This document shows positions 50,757 to 59,171 of a stretch of DNA of 64,000 nucleotides, one piece after another. The notes under the pieces were generated by a model, which saw only the letters and a program-made list of their open reading frames with translations, had not been told where the DNA came from and ran no database searches. How positions within the stretch are numbered: position 1 is the stretch's first letter; the number at the start of each line of letters is the position of its first letter. The position numbers and the translations under genes were made by a program. The stretch is from a bacterium (GTDB taxonomy: Bacteria; Patescibacteriota; Microgenomatia; Levybacterales; UBA12049): assembly GCA_021813145.1 (NCBI GenBank), contig JAKALS010000004.1, forward strand, positions 8,594-72,593, given 5' to 3'.

Positions 50757-51609
50757 GCTGAAAGCTATTCTTAGTACCCTTTCCTACGCGGATATCTTCG
50801 ATTATCCGTTAACAAAAGAAGAAATATTTTTATATCTTATTTCAATCCAAAAATTTTCAAAACAGGATATATATCCTTTCCTTAGTGAGAAAAACGGTTA
50901 TTTTGAAAGAAAAAAAGAATTTTATTTCCTGAAGGGAAGAGGGGAAATTATAGAAAAAAGAATAAGAAGAAAAAAGGAAAGTATTAAAAAACTTAATATT
51001 GCCCGGAAAATCGTAAGAAAAATTTCTTTTGTCCCGACGGTAAAATTTATAGGTATCAGCGGAGCCCTAGCGATGCAAAATTGCGAGAAAGAAGATGATA
51101 TAGACCTTTTTGTAATAACGGAAAAAAACTCGGTATGGGCCACAAGGCTTTTGTTGGTGCTGTTACTAAGGATTTCGGGAATTTACAGGTCCAGAGGGGA
51201 TAAAAATGTTTCCAATAAAATCTGTCTTAATTTTTTGATAGATTCCGGCCAAATAGATTTCTCAAAAAAATCCGATATCTTTACAGCTCATGAAATAGTA
51301 CAGATAATCCCCGTGTTTTCAAGAAATTCCGGTTTTAGGGACTTTGTAAAAGCCAACTCATGGACTAAAAAATTCTTGCCGAATACTTCGGTGAAATACA
51401 TTAGGGAAGAGAAAGACAAATTTTATAATCCTTTGTTTAAGTTCTTTCTTCTAAAAAGTGAAAAAACAGCCCGTTTCATTCAATACGGTTACATGAAAAA
51501 ACACATAACAAAAGAGAAGGTATCTCAAAATTTGCTCGCTTTTCACCCATTCGATTACAGACAATACGTACTGAAAGAATATAGAAATAAGCTCAAAAAA
51601 TTGATATAG
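50746..51609 (+). CDS. Hypothetical protein with possible Pol-beta-like nucleotidyltransferase fold
   Basis: GISGALAMQNCEKEDDIDLFVIT resembles GS-x(n)-DxD NTase motif. Confidence 0.4.
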   Translation: MDNKLKAILSTLSYADIFDYPLTKEEIFLYLISIQKFSKQDIYPFLSEKNGYFERKKEFYFLKGRGEIIEKRIRRKKESIKKLNIARKIVRKISFVPTVKFIGISGALAMQNCEKEDDIDLFVITEKNSVWATRLLLVLLLRISGIYRSRGDKNVSNKICLNFLIDSGQIDFSKKSDIFTAHEIVQIIPVFSRNSGFRDFVKANSWTKKFLPNTSVKYIREEKDKFYNPLFKFFLLKSEKTARFIQYGYMKKHITKEKVSQNLLAFHPFDYRQYVLKEYRNKLKKLI

Positions 51610-51736
51610 TAAGTAAATACTAGAGGTTATTGACAAAGATTTTAATTTCTTATATCATTCCTTAAATTAAGTATTTATCATGTTTACTCCCTCATTGATT
51701 CTGAGGGATTTTCTTTTAAATACGGCAATAAAAAAT

Positions 51737-52210
51737 ATGGACAGTAAAAAAATTTATTTGACCAAAGAAGGCCTAGACGACCTTAAAAAAGAATACGAAG
51801 ATCTTACTAAATCAAGAAGGCCCGATGTTTTGTCGAGGGTTTCCCAGGCAAGAAGCATGGGAGATCTTTCGGAGAATGCTGAGTATGTAGCCGCAAGGGA
51901 AGAGCTATCTTTTATCGACGGAAGAATAGATGAGCTTGAAGAGCTCTTAAAACAGGCAATTCTTATTTCCGGAAACGGTCATAGAAACGCCGGACAAACG
52001 GTAAAACTCGGTTCAAAAGTTATCCTTAATACAAAAGGAAAAAAGGAATCCTTTGTCGTAGTTGGTGAATGGGAGGCGGATCCCAAAGAAAGGAAAATTT
52101 CACACGAATCCCCCCTTGGAAAAGCCCTGATAGGGAAAAAAGTAGGAGAAAAGGTCGAGGTTGAAGCTCCGGCCGGTAAAGTCCTTTACACAATCGTTTC
52201 GGTAGACTAA
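51737..52210 (+). CDS. greA: Transcription elongation factor GreA (start at internal ATG of tracked ORF)
   Basis: MDSKKIYLTKEGLDDLKKEYEDL... typical GreA N-terminal coiled coil and FKBP-like C-domain. Confidence 0.9.
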   Translation: MDSKKIYLTKEGLDDLKKEYEDLTKSRRPDVLSRVSQARSMGDLSENAEYVAAREELSFIDGRIDELEELLKQAILISGNGHRNAGQTVKLGSKVILNTKGKKESFVVVGEWEADPKERKISHESPLGKALIGKKVGEKVEVEAPAGKVLYTIVSVD

Positions 52211-52220
52211 AATAATTAGG

Positions 52221-53408
52221 ATGCCTCAACAAGATTTCTATAAAAAAATTGAATCCGAAGTATCTTCTTTTAAGTCCCCGTATGTAATTGGATCCGGACA
52301 AGGCGCATATTTAAAAATTAACGGGCAAGACAAACTTAATTTTTGCTCAAGCCATTATCTGGGATTTGCCGTAGACCAAAGGCTTAAAGATGCCGTTTGC
52401 GAAGCCGTCCAAAAGTATGGAGTCGGAACAGGTTACAGGACCTTGGCGGGTACTCATTCTCTTCATCTAGAGCTTGAAGAAGCGATAGCAAAATTTAAAG
52501 GCACGGAAGCTGCGGTAGTATTTTCAAGCGCTTATATGGCGAATGCGGCAGCCATTCAGACGATTATAGGAAAAGACGATGTCGTAATTTCGGACGAGCT
52601 TAATCATGCTTCCATAATCGATGCAGTAAGGCTCTCTCAGGTTAAAAATAAATTTATATACAAACACGTGGATACGAACGATCTTGAGGAAAAACTCAAG
52701 GAAGCTTCAAAAACAGTAAAGCCCGACGGGGAAAAGCCTTTAATGCTTATTGTTACCGACGGCGTGTTTTCCATGGACGGAGATTTGGCTCCTTTGCCTA
52801 AAATTGTAGAATTGGCCAGAAAATACGGCGCTTTGACAATGGTTGACGATGCCCACGGGGAAGGAGTTTTGGGAAAAGGCGGACGCGGAATCGTAGACCA
52901 TTTTGGTCTGGTTGGAGAAATAGATATAGAAATCGGAAGCCTGTCAAAAGCATTTTCGGTTATAGGTGGATTTATTGCAGGAAAAAAGAACCTGATAAAT
53001 TATTACAACTTAAAATCCAGGCAAAGGCTTTTTTCTATAGCGCTGACGATCCCCGATACGGCAGCAGCATTAAAGGCGGTGAACATTCTTCTTGAGTCCG
53101 ATGCCCAGGTTAAAAAACTTTGGGAGAATGTTGATTATCTCCAGCACGAATTTAAAAGACTGGGTTTTGATACGGGAAATTCTAAGACTCCGATAATACC
53201 GGTAATGATAGGCGATGAAGACAAGGCAAGGGAATTCAGCACAAAATTGTTCGAGGAGAATGTGTTTGCGACTCCTATTCTTTTCCCGATGGTTGCAAAA
53301 GGGAAAGCGAGAATAAGGATAATTGCCTCAGCCTCCCATTCAAAAGAAGACCTCAAAAAGGGGATAGAGGCATTCGAAAAAATAGGGAAAGAGATGCAGA
53401 TCATATGA
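52221..53408 (+). CDS. kbl: 2-amino-3-ketobutyrate CoA ligase / 8-amino-7-oxononanoate synthase family (class II PLP aminotransferase)
   Basis: 395 aa; PLP-lysine region SLSKAF; adjacent to tdh favours Kbl. Confidence 0.8.
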   Translation: MPQQDFYKKIESEVSSFKSPYVIGSGQGAYLKINGQDKLNFCSSHYLGFAVDQRLKDAVCEAVQKYGVGTGYRTLAGTHSLHLELEEAIAKFKGTEAAVVFSSAYMANAAAIQTIIGKDDVVISDELNHASIIDAVRLSQVKNKFIYKHVDTNDLEEKLKEASKTVKPDGEKPLMLIVTDGVFSMDGDLAPLPKIVELARKYGALTMVDDAHGEGVLGKGGRGIVDHFGLVGEIDIEIGSLSKAFSVIGGFIAGKKNLINYYNLKSRQRLFSIALTIPDTAAALKAVNILLESDAQVKKLWENVDYLQHEFKRLGFDTGNSKTPIIPVMIGDEDKAREFSTKLFEENVFATPILFPMVAKGKARIRIIASASHSKEDLKKGIEAFEKIGKEMQII

Positions 53409-54340
53409 AAAAAATCTTAGTCACCGGAGCATTCGGCCAGATTGGCTCCGAGCTTGTCCCCGCCCTTTATAAGGAATACGGAAAAGAGAATGTCGTATCC
53501 ATGGGACATTCAACTATTAGCCTGGGCTTTGACGGTACTTTGGAAAAAGCTGATGCAAGAGATAAAGAAGCTCTAAGAGGCATAATAAAAAAATACGACA
53601 TAGATACTGTTTATCATTTGGTTTCTCTTCTTTCCGCAAAAGGTGAGGTTGACCCTTCTCTTACATGGGACATTAACATGAACGGCTTAAAAAATGTTCT
53701 TGATCTAGGGGTAGAATTTAAACTTAAAATCTATTGGCCAAGTTCTATTGCAGCCTTCGGGCCGACAACTCCAAGAGAGGATACCCCCCAGCATACTGTT
53801 TTGGAGCCTACAACAATGTATGGAGTTACAAAAACAGCCGGTGAGGGGCTTTGCCGCTATTACAATGTTAAATACGGATTGGATGTAAGGTCACTAAGAT
53901 ATCCAGGCATTATTTCCTGGAAAACTCCTCCGGGCGGAGGAACAACCGATTATGCGGTAGCAATTTTTTATGAAGGCATAAAAACGGGAAAATATGAATG
54001 CTTTGTGGGTCCGGATACGATGCTGCCCATGATGTATATAGACGATGCAATAAGAGCAACGGTAGAGCTTATGAAGGCAGACTTAAAAACAGACAGCTGG
54101 AACAGTTATAATTTGTCAGCAGTAAGCTTTACCGCCAAAGAGCTGGAGGAGGAGTTAAGAAAATATCTGCCGGATTTGACTATAACATATAAACCAGACC
54201 ATAGACAAAAAATTGCCGATTCCTGGCCAAAGTCTATTGATGACAGTCAGGCCCGGAAAGACTGGGGTTGGAAACACGAATACGGGCTTTCGGAAATAAC
54301 AAAAGTTATGGTAGAGAATCTTAAAAAGGTTCTTGCTTAA
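53405..54340 (+). CDS. tdh: L-threonine 3-dehydrogenase (NAD-dependent epimerase/dehydratase-family type)
   Basis: MKKILVTGAFGQIGSEL Rossmann start; YxxxK; coupled to kbl. Confidence 0.75.
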   Translation: MKKILVTGAFGQIGSELVPALYKEYGKENVVSMGHSTISLGFDGTLEKADARDKEALRGIIKKYDIDTVYHLVSLLSAKGEVDPSLTWDINMNGLKNVLDLGVEFKLKIYWPSSIAAFGPTTPREDTPQHTVLEPTTMYGVTKTAGEGLCRYYNVKYGLDVRSLRYPGIISWKTPPGGGTTDYAVAIFYEGIKTGKYECFVGPDTMLPMMYIDDAIRATVELMKADLKTDSWNSYNLSAVSFTAKELEEELRKYLPDLTITYKPDHRQKIADSWPKSIDDSQARKDWGWKHEYGLSEITKVMVENLKKVLA

Positions 54341-54415
54341 TGCCATGCTTTTGTGATATAAATCACTTATTCAATGGTAATTAAATTCGGTTTCGATTCA
54401 AAGAAGTCCAAGAAG

Positions 54416-54436
54416 ACCCTCTTAACGAGGGGTTTT
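54416..54436 (+). terminator. Intrinsic terminator CCCTC-uuaac-GAGGG + U-run
   Basis: Seen in sequence. Confidence 0.55.
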
Positions 54437-54472
54437 GTCTTGGAGTAAAATAAAAAACTCAGAGAAAGACGA

Positions 54473-54495
54473 CCCCTCAAAATGAGGGGTTTTTT
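54473..54495 (+). terminator. Intrinsic terminator CCCCUCA-aaa-UGAGGGG + U6
   Basis: Seen in sequence. Confidence 0.65.
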
Positions 54496-54521
54496 AGTGG
54501 AAAAAAGGAGGTGAATAATAA

Positions 54522-54788
54522 ATGAAAGAACATTTTAAACCGGTTGACGGGGATTTTCCGGATATGCCCAGGGTAATAAGATACAGGACGCCAAGAGACG
54601 AAAGAGTAGTAGTAAAATTTGGGACAGTTTTTGGATATCCAGCTACCGATTATGCCGTAAGGAATAGAAGAGGACAGGTTGTAAGTGAAGGACTAAGTTG
54701 GGGAGTTAACTTTGATACTGCTTTGACTGCAGGGTTAAAATATGACGGAAGAAGAGGAAAAGTGCTTTTAAGCCGTCTTGTGAGGTAG
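54522..54788 (+). CDS. Hypothetical Arg-rich small protein (88 aa) with perfect SD AAGGAGGTGA
   Basis: ORF + 10-nt perfect Shine-Dalgarno; no signal peptide or TM. Confidence 0.55.
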   Translation: MKEHFKPVDGDFPDMPRVIRYRTPRDERVVVKFGTVFGYPATDYAVRNRRGQVVSEGLSWGVNFDTALTAGLKYDGRRGKVLLSRLVR

Positions 54789-54820
54789 GTAAACTTTAAT
54801 AAAAAAGGAGGTGAATTATT

Positions 54821-55306
54821 ATGAAAGAAAACGGTAGAAATCGTGGAACAGAAAATGCAGTCTCTTATGAAACAGTTGAGGCTTCCAGGTTTCCCTGGTT
54901 AAGAGGCCCGCAAAGATGTCCCGTGACAACGGAGCAGGTGGGAGACAGAACAATTAGGATAATCGATATAACAGGAACACATCCTGTTTTAGATTCTTTG
55001 AGTAAAAAACTTAACGGAAGTACGCAAAGAGCGAATTCATTAATAAGAACAAGCATAGGAAGAGGACTTGCCAACGGAGGGGTTGTACAAGGGGCACAGA
55101 TTTTAAGGGAAAGAGGAAGAAATTCTTCTCTTATAGGAGTTGCAACAACCGACCCGAATGAAAGGACAAGGTTAAGTGCAATTTATACAGCTCCAGATTC
55201 CGATAACAGAAGTTATATTGTTTCAAGGTCTATGTATGAGGATTCAAGAAAAGTCTTGCAGGCGCTGGCTTCTGTCGGGTATGTTTCCTCCGGTAGAGGA
55301 AATTAA
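54821..55306 (+). CDS. Hypothetical Arg/Gly/Ser-rich protein (161 aa) with identical perfect SD context
   Basis: ORF + AAAAAAGGAGGTGAAT...ATGAAAGAA initiation region identical to upstream gene. Confidence 0.55.
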   Translation: MKENGRNRGTENAVSYETVEASRFPWLRGPQRCPVTTEQVGDRTIRIIDITGTHPVLDSLSKKLNGSTQRANSLIRTSIGRGLANGGVVQGAQILRERGRNSSLIGVATTDPNERTRLSAIYTAPDSDNRSYIVSRSMYEDSRKVLQALASVGYVSSGRGN

Positions 55307-55323
55307 TGTGGTAGAATAGCATT

Positions 55324-56835
55324 ATGTTCTGGGCAGATAAAGTAGCGGAAGAAGTTATAAAATCCGGCAAATACAAACCTTATTGGGTGGATGACATGAA
55401 AACTCCCTCGGGTTTTTCCCATGTAGGCTCAATGATGGGTCCTGTCGTTCACAGTATGGTCTATAGGGCTCTAAAAGACGTGGGCAAAGAAGATACTTTT
55501 ACTTTTGTTATCAACGATTTTGATCCGGCTGACGATTTGTTACCCGAAGTCCGGGGGAAATACGAGAAGTATTTGGGGATGCCTTTAAAGCTTTTTCCTT
55601 CTCCCGACCCTTCTTTTCAAAGTATGGGAGATATGTTTGCCGCAGATTTTGTAGGTTCAATTAGAAATTTGGGAGTAGAGGCAGAGATGCTTTCTTCCTG
55701 GGAGCTTTACCATCAGGGAAAATTTGACGAAGTTATAAGGCTTGCCTTGGATAACGCAGAAAAAATCCAAGATATTTACCAGAAAGTAAGCGGCAGCAGG
55801 AAAAAAGAAGCCGGGTGGCTCCCTTTTCAGGTAATTTGTGAAAATTGCCAAAAACTCGGGACAACAAGAGTTTTTGCCTGGGACGGGGAAAAAGTTTCAT
55901 ATAAGTGTGAGTCTAATCTTGTTAAATGGGCTGTGGGTTGCGGATACGAAGGAAAAATTTCTCCATTCGGCGGAACCGGAAAACTGCCCTGGAAAGTTGA
56001 CTGGGCAGCACACTGGAAAGTAATAGGGGTAACAATAGAAGGCGCGGGCAAAGACCATGCCTCAAAAGGCGGTTCATACGATATAGCAATGACAATATGC
56101 GAAGAAGTTTTTAAATATCCCCATCCTTTTAAGCTTCCCTACGAATTCGTCTTAATCGGTGGCAAAAAAATGTCTTCTTCCAAAGGCCTTGGTCTGAAGG
56201 CCCACGACCTTGTTGAGATTCTTCCTCCGCAACTGGGGCGTTTTCTTTTTGCAAGAAACGGTATAAGGTCGCAGACAAATTTTGACCCTGTTGGCACGGA
56301 TGCTATTCCCCTTCTTTTTGACGATTATCAAAAAGCGGCAGATGCTTATTTTGATAAAGGGGACGAAGATTCGGCCAGAGCTTTCGAACTTTCACAAATA
56401 GGAAAAATCCAAAAACCTCCGTCTGTAAGGTTTTCGGTTTTGGCTCAATGGATACAGATGCCAAATATGGAGGAGGAAATTAAAAAAAAGGGACTTGAGG
56501 AGTGGGCAAAATATGCAAGAATATGGGTCGAAAGATTTGCTCCGGATAAAGACAGGTTTACCGTACAAAAAGAGCTGCCGATTAGCGCAAGGGAACTTTC
56601 CCAAAAACAAAAAGAGTTTTTAAGAAATATTGCAAAAGAGCTGGATAAAAAATGGGAGGGAGAAGAATTCCAAACCAGAATTTATGATATCGGAAAAGAA
56701 TTGGGCTTGGGAGGAAAAGACGCTTTTAAAGCGATCTATTTATCTTTAATCGGAAAAGACCACGGTCCAAAAGCGGCATGGTTAATTCTTTCTTTGGATA
56801 AAAACTTTGTAGAAAAAAGATTTAATGAGGTTTAA
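55324..56835 (+). CDS. lysK: Lysyl-tRNA synthetase, class I (archaeal-type)
   Basis: PSGFSHVGS (HIGH-like), KMSSSKG (KMSKS), Cys cluster CENC...CES; 503 aa. Confidence 0.8.
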   Translation: MFWADKVAEEVIKSGKYKPYWVDDMKTPSGFSHVGSMMGPVVHSMVYRALKDVGKEDTFTFVINDFDPADDLLPEVRGKYEKYLGMPLKLFPSPDPSFQSMGDMFAADFVGSIRNLGVEAEMLSSWELYHQGKFDEVIRLALDNAEKIQDIYQKVSGSRKKEAGWLPFQVICENCQKLGTTRVFAWDGEKVSYKCESNLVKWAVGCGYEGKISPFGGTGKLPWKVDWAAHWKVIGVTIEGAGKDHASKGGSYDIAMTICEEVFKYPHPFKLPYEFVLIGGKKMSSSKGLGLKAHDLVEILPPQLGRFLFARNGIRSQTNFDPVGTDAIPLLFDDYQKAADAYFDKGDEDSARAFELSQIGKIQKPPSVRFSVLAQWIQMPNMEEEIKKKGLEEWAKYARIWVERFAPDKDRFTVQKELPISARELSQKQKEFLRNIAKELDKKWEGEEFQTRIYDIGKELGLGGKDAFKAIYLSLIGKDHGPKAAWLILSLDKNFVEKRFNEV

Positions 56836-57046
56836 TCCCGTTGCCGTTTTCTTTGGAGATTTCCATGCTTAAATCCCTGAAGATTTCCCTTTGTAAAAGC
56901 TCCGTATGAATTTTAGGATTTTGGTCCTGAAGTCTTCTTAGTCTTGAAATATCCGTAATAAGGGTTTGGGCAATGGAGGTTCTTGCTTCTAACCTGGACA
57001 TATAAATTTTATAAACAAAAAATGGGTGTATTTCAAGTGGCATTTT

Positions 57047-57055
57047 TGTTATACT
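57047..57055 (+). promoter_or_regulatory. Extended -10 TGTTATACT 7 nt upstream of rdgB ATG (leaderless)
   Basis: Sequence match. Confidence 0.45.
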
Positions 57056-57062
57056 TTTTGCG

Positions 57063-57614
57063 ATGAAAAGTCTGGTTTTGGCAACGGGCAATAAGGGGAA
57101 ACAAAAAGAGCTTGAAGATATTCTGGAAATACCCATAGAAATTGCGGATGCGGGAATGGACGAGGTTCAAAGCATGGATCTTGAATATGTAGCAAGAAGA
57201 AAAGCGGAAGAAGCATTTAAAATAATAAGAAAACCCTTAATCGTGGACGACGTCGGAGTATTTATAGAAGCTTGGAACGAGCTTCCCGGCCCCTTTGTCA
57301 AATATTTCTATGAAATAATGGGGCTTAAAAAAATTCTCAAGATGATGGAAAATGAGAAAAATAGAAGTGTCACAGTCAAATGCGCGGTAGGATACCACGA
57401 CGGAAATAAGGTACATGTTTTTACGGGGGAAGTAAAGGGAGTTGTGGCAGAGAAGGAAAAGGGAACAGAAGGATGGGGATTTGACCCAATTATTATTCCA
57501 AAAGGGTATAAAGAGACTTTTGCCGAAATGGGATTTAAAAAGAAAAATAAAATTTCCCATAGGGGGAAAGCATTCAAAAAATTAAAAAAGTATTTGGATA
57601 GTAAAAGAAAATAA
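57063..57614 (+). CDS. rdgB: Non-canonical purine NTP pyrophosphatase (RdgB/Ham1)
   Basis: LATGNKGKQKELEDIL start and FGYDPIF-like region typical of Ham1. Confidence 0.88.
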   Translation: MKSLVLATGNKGKQKELEDILEIPIEIADAGMDEVQSMDLEYVARRKAEEAFKIIRKPLIVDDVGVFIEAWNELPGPFVKYFYEIMGLKKILKMMENEKNRSVTVKCAVGYHDGNKVHVFTGEVKGVVAEKEKGTEGWGFDPIIIPKGYKETFAEMGFKKKNKISHRGKAFKKLKKYLDSKRK

Positions 57615-57633
57615 AAAAGGTTATAATTGCCTT

Positions 57634-58890
57634 ATGCTAGACATAAAGTTTATCCGCGAAAATCCTCAGTTGGTAAAACAGGGAGCAAAAAATAAGGGGA
57701 TAGTGGTAGACATAGATAATCTTTTAAAAATAGACGAAAAGTTTAGGGCCTTAGATGCTTCGGTCCAGAAGTTGAGAGAAGAGAGAAATACAAATTCATC
57801 CCAAATCAAAGGAAAGCCTACAAAAGAGCAAATAAAAAAAGGACAGGAAATAAAGGAAAAACTGGAAAAGGCGGAAAAAGAGCTAACAGAAAAACAATCA
57901 GAATTAAAAAACCTGGTTTTAGAAATTCCTAATCCTCCAAAAAATGACGTTAAAATAGGAAAAGATGAAAGTGAAAACGATGTAGTCAAAAAATATAAAG
58001 AGCCGCGAAAATTTATCTTTAAGCCAAAGGATCATTTGGAGCTCGGCGAAGCTTTGGATATCCTGGATGTAGAAAGGGCATCCAGGGTTTCTGGCGCTAG
58101 GTTTGCATATCTTAAAAATGACGGAGTCCTTTTGGAGCTTGCCCTTGTACAGCTTGCAATGAAAACTCTTATTAAAGAAGGTTTCACTCCTGTTATTCCT
58201 CCTACCCTAATAAAAAAAGAAACAATGAAGGGACTGGGTTACATGGAAAACGGAGGGGAAGAAGACATGTATCATCTGGAAAAAGACGATTTGTATCTTG
58301 TCGGAACGGCTGAACATTCGATAGTCCCTATGCATATGGGAGAGGTTTTTGATAAAAAAGAATTGCCTAAACGTTACGTCGCATTTTCAAGCGCATACAG
58401 AAGAGAAGCCGGAAGTTATGGTAAGGACACAAAAGGGATAATAAGAGTTCACCAGTTTGACAAAGTGGAAATGGTTTCCTATGTTCCCCAGGGCGAAGAC
58501 GACAAGGAACACGATTATTTATTATATATAGAAGAAAAACTGTTTCAGCTTTTGGAAATCCCATATCAAGTAGTAAAAATGTGTACCGGAGATTTGGGAT
58601 TTCCTGCTGCAAGAAAATACGACATCGAAGCATGGATGCCCGGCCAGAATAAATACAGGGAAGTTACCTCGGTTTCTACAATTACCGATTTCCAGTCAAG
58701 AAGGTTAAATATAAAATACCAGGACGGTAATGAGAAAAAATTCGTAAATATATTAAACGGGACTGCCTTTGCGATAGGAAGAACGATAGTAGCTATTTTA
58801 GAAAATTATCAGCAAGAAGACGGTAGCGTAGAAATTCCCAAAGTTTTGCAAAATATTGTAGGAAAAAGTGTTATAAAATCAATAAAATAG
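57634..58890 (+). CDS. serS: Seryl-tRNA synthetase
   Basis: 418 aa; N-terminal coiled-coil, class II motifs. Confidence 0.95.
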   Translation: MLDIKFIRENPQLVKQGAKNKGIVVDIDNLLKIDEKFRALDASVQKLREERNTNSSQIKGKPTKEQIKKGQEIKEKLEKAEKELTEKQSELKNLVLEIPNPPKNDVKIGKDESENDVVKKYKEPRKFIFKPKDHLELGEALDILDVERASRVSGARFAYLKNDGVLLELALVQLAMKTLIKEGFTPVIPPTLIKKETMKGLGYMENGGEEDMYHLEKDDLYLVGTAEHSIVPMHMGEVFDKKELPKRYVAFSSAYRREAGSYGKDTKGIIRVHQFDKVEMVSYVPQGEDDKEHDYLLYIEEKLFQLLEIPYQVVKMCTGDLGFPAARKYDIEAWMPGQNKYREVTSVSTITDFQSRRLNIKYQDGNEKKFVNILNGTAFAIGRTIVAILENYQQEDGSVEIPKVLQNIVGKSVIKSIK

Positions 58891-59039
58891 AAACGTGATT
58901 TTTCCCCCGGAATCAATCTAAATAGAGTAATTTGAGGCAAGCGGAAAATCTTGACAAAACAATAAAAATATTTCACCATTAAGTTAGTTTCTGCCCATTT
59001 CATTTTAGAAACGGTAGAAGGAAAGGAAGGTGATCCTTC

Positions 59040-59072
59040 ATGGCTGCAAAGAAAAAGAAGAAGAAGAAATAA
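59040..59072 (+). other. Mini-ORF MAAKKKKKKK with strong SD AGGAAGGTGA, in serS 3' region upstream of terminator and secA
   Basis: Seen in sequence; function unknown. Confidence 0.3.
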
Positions 59073-59114
59073 TTGGTAACGTATTTGGAAATTACCAATT
59101 GATCAGTTGGTAAA

Positions 59115-59146
59115 CCCCTCACTATATATTAGTGAGGGGTTTTTTG
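59115..59146 (+). terminator. Intrinsic terminator CCCCUCACUA-uauau-UAGUGAGGGG + U6
   Basis: Perfect 10-bp stem. Confidence 0.7.
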
Positions 59147-59156
59147 AGCTCGATTA

Positions 59157-59165
59157 TGGTAAAAT
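59157..59165 (+). promoter_or_regulatory. Extended -10 TGGTAAAAT 6 nt upstream of secA ATG (leaderless)
   Basis: Sequence match. Confidence 0.45.
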
Positions 59166-59171
59166 GTATGT

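Noticed and set aside
54436-54521. T-box or other riboswitch leader for lysK operon
   Set aside because: Searched by eye for T-box (AGGGUGGNACCGCG) and specifier-loop features; none present; space between terminator and first ORF too short.
56822-57136. 104-aa minus-strand ORF in lysK-rdgB spacer
   Set aside because: Start lies inside rdgB coding region and overlaps its promoter; no SD or promoter; kept only as a note.
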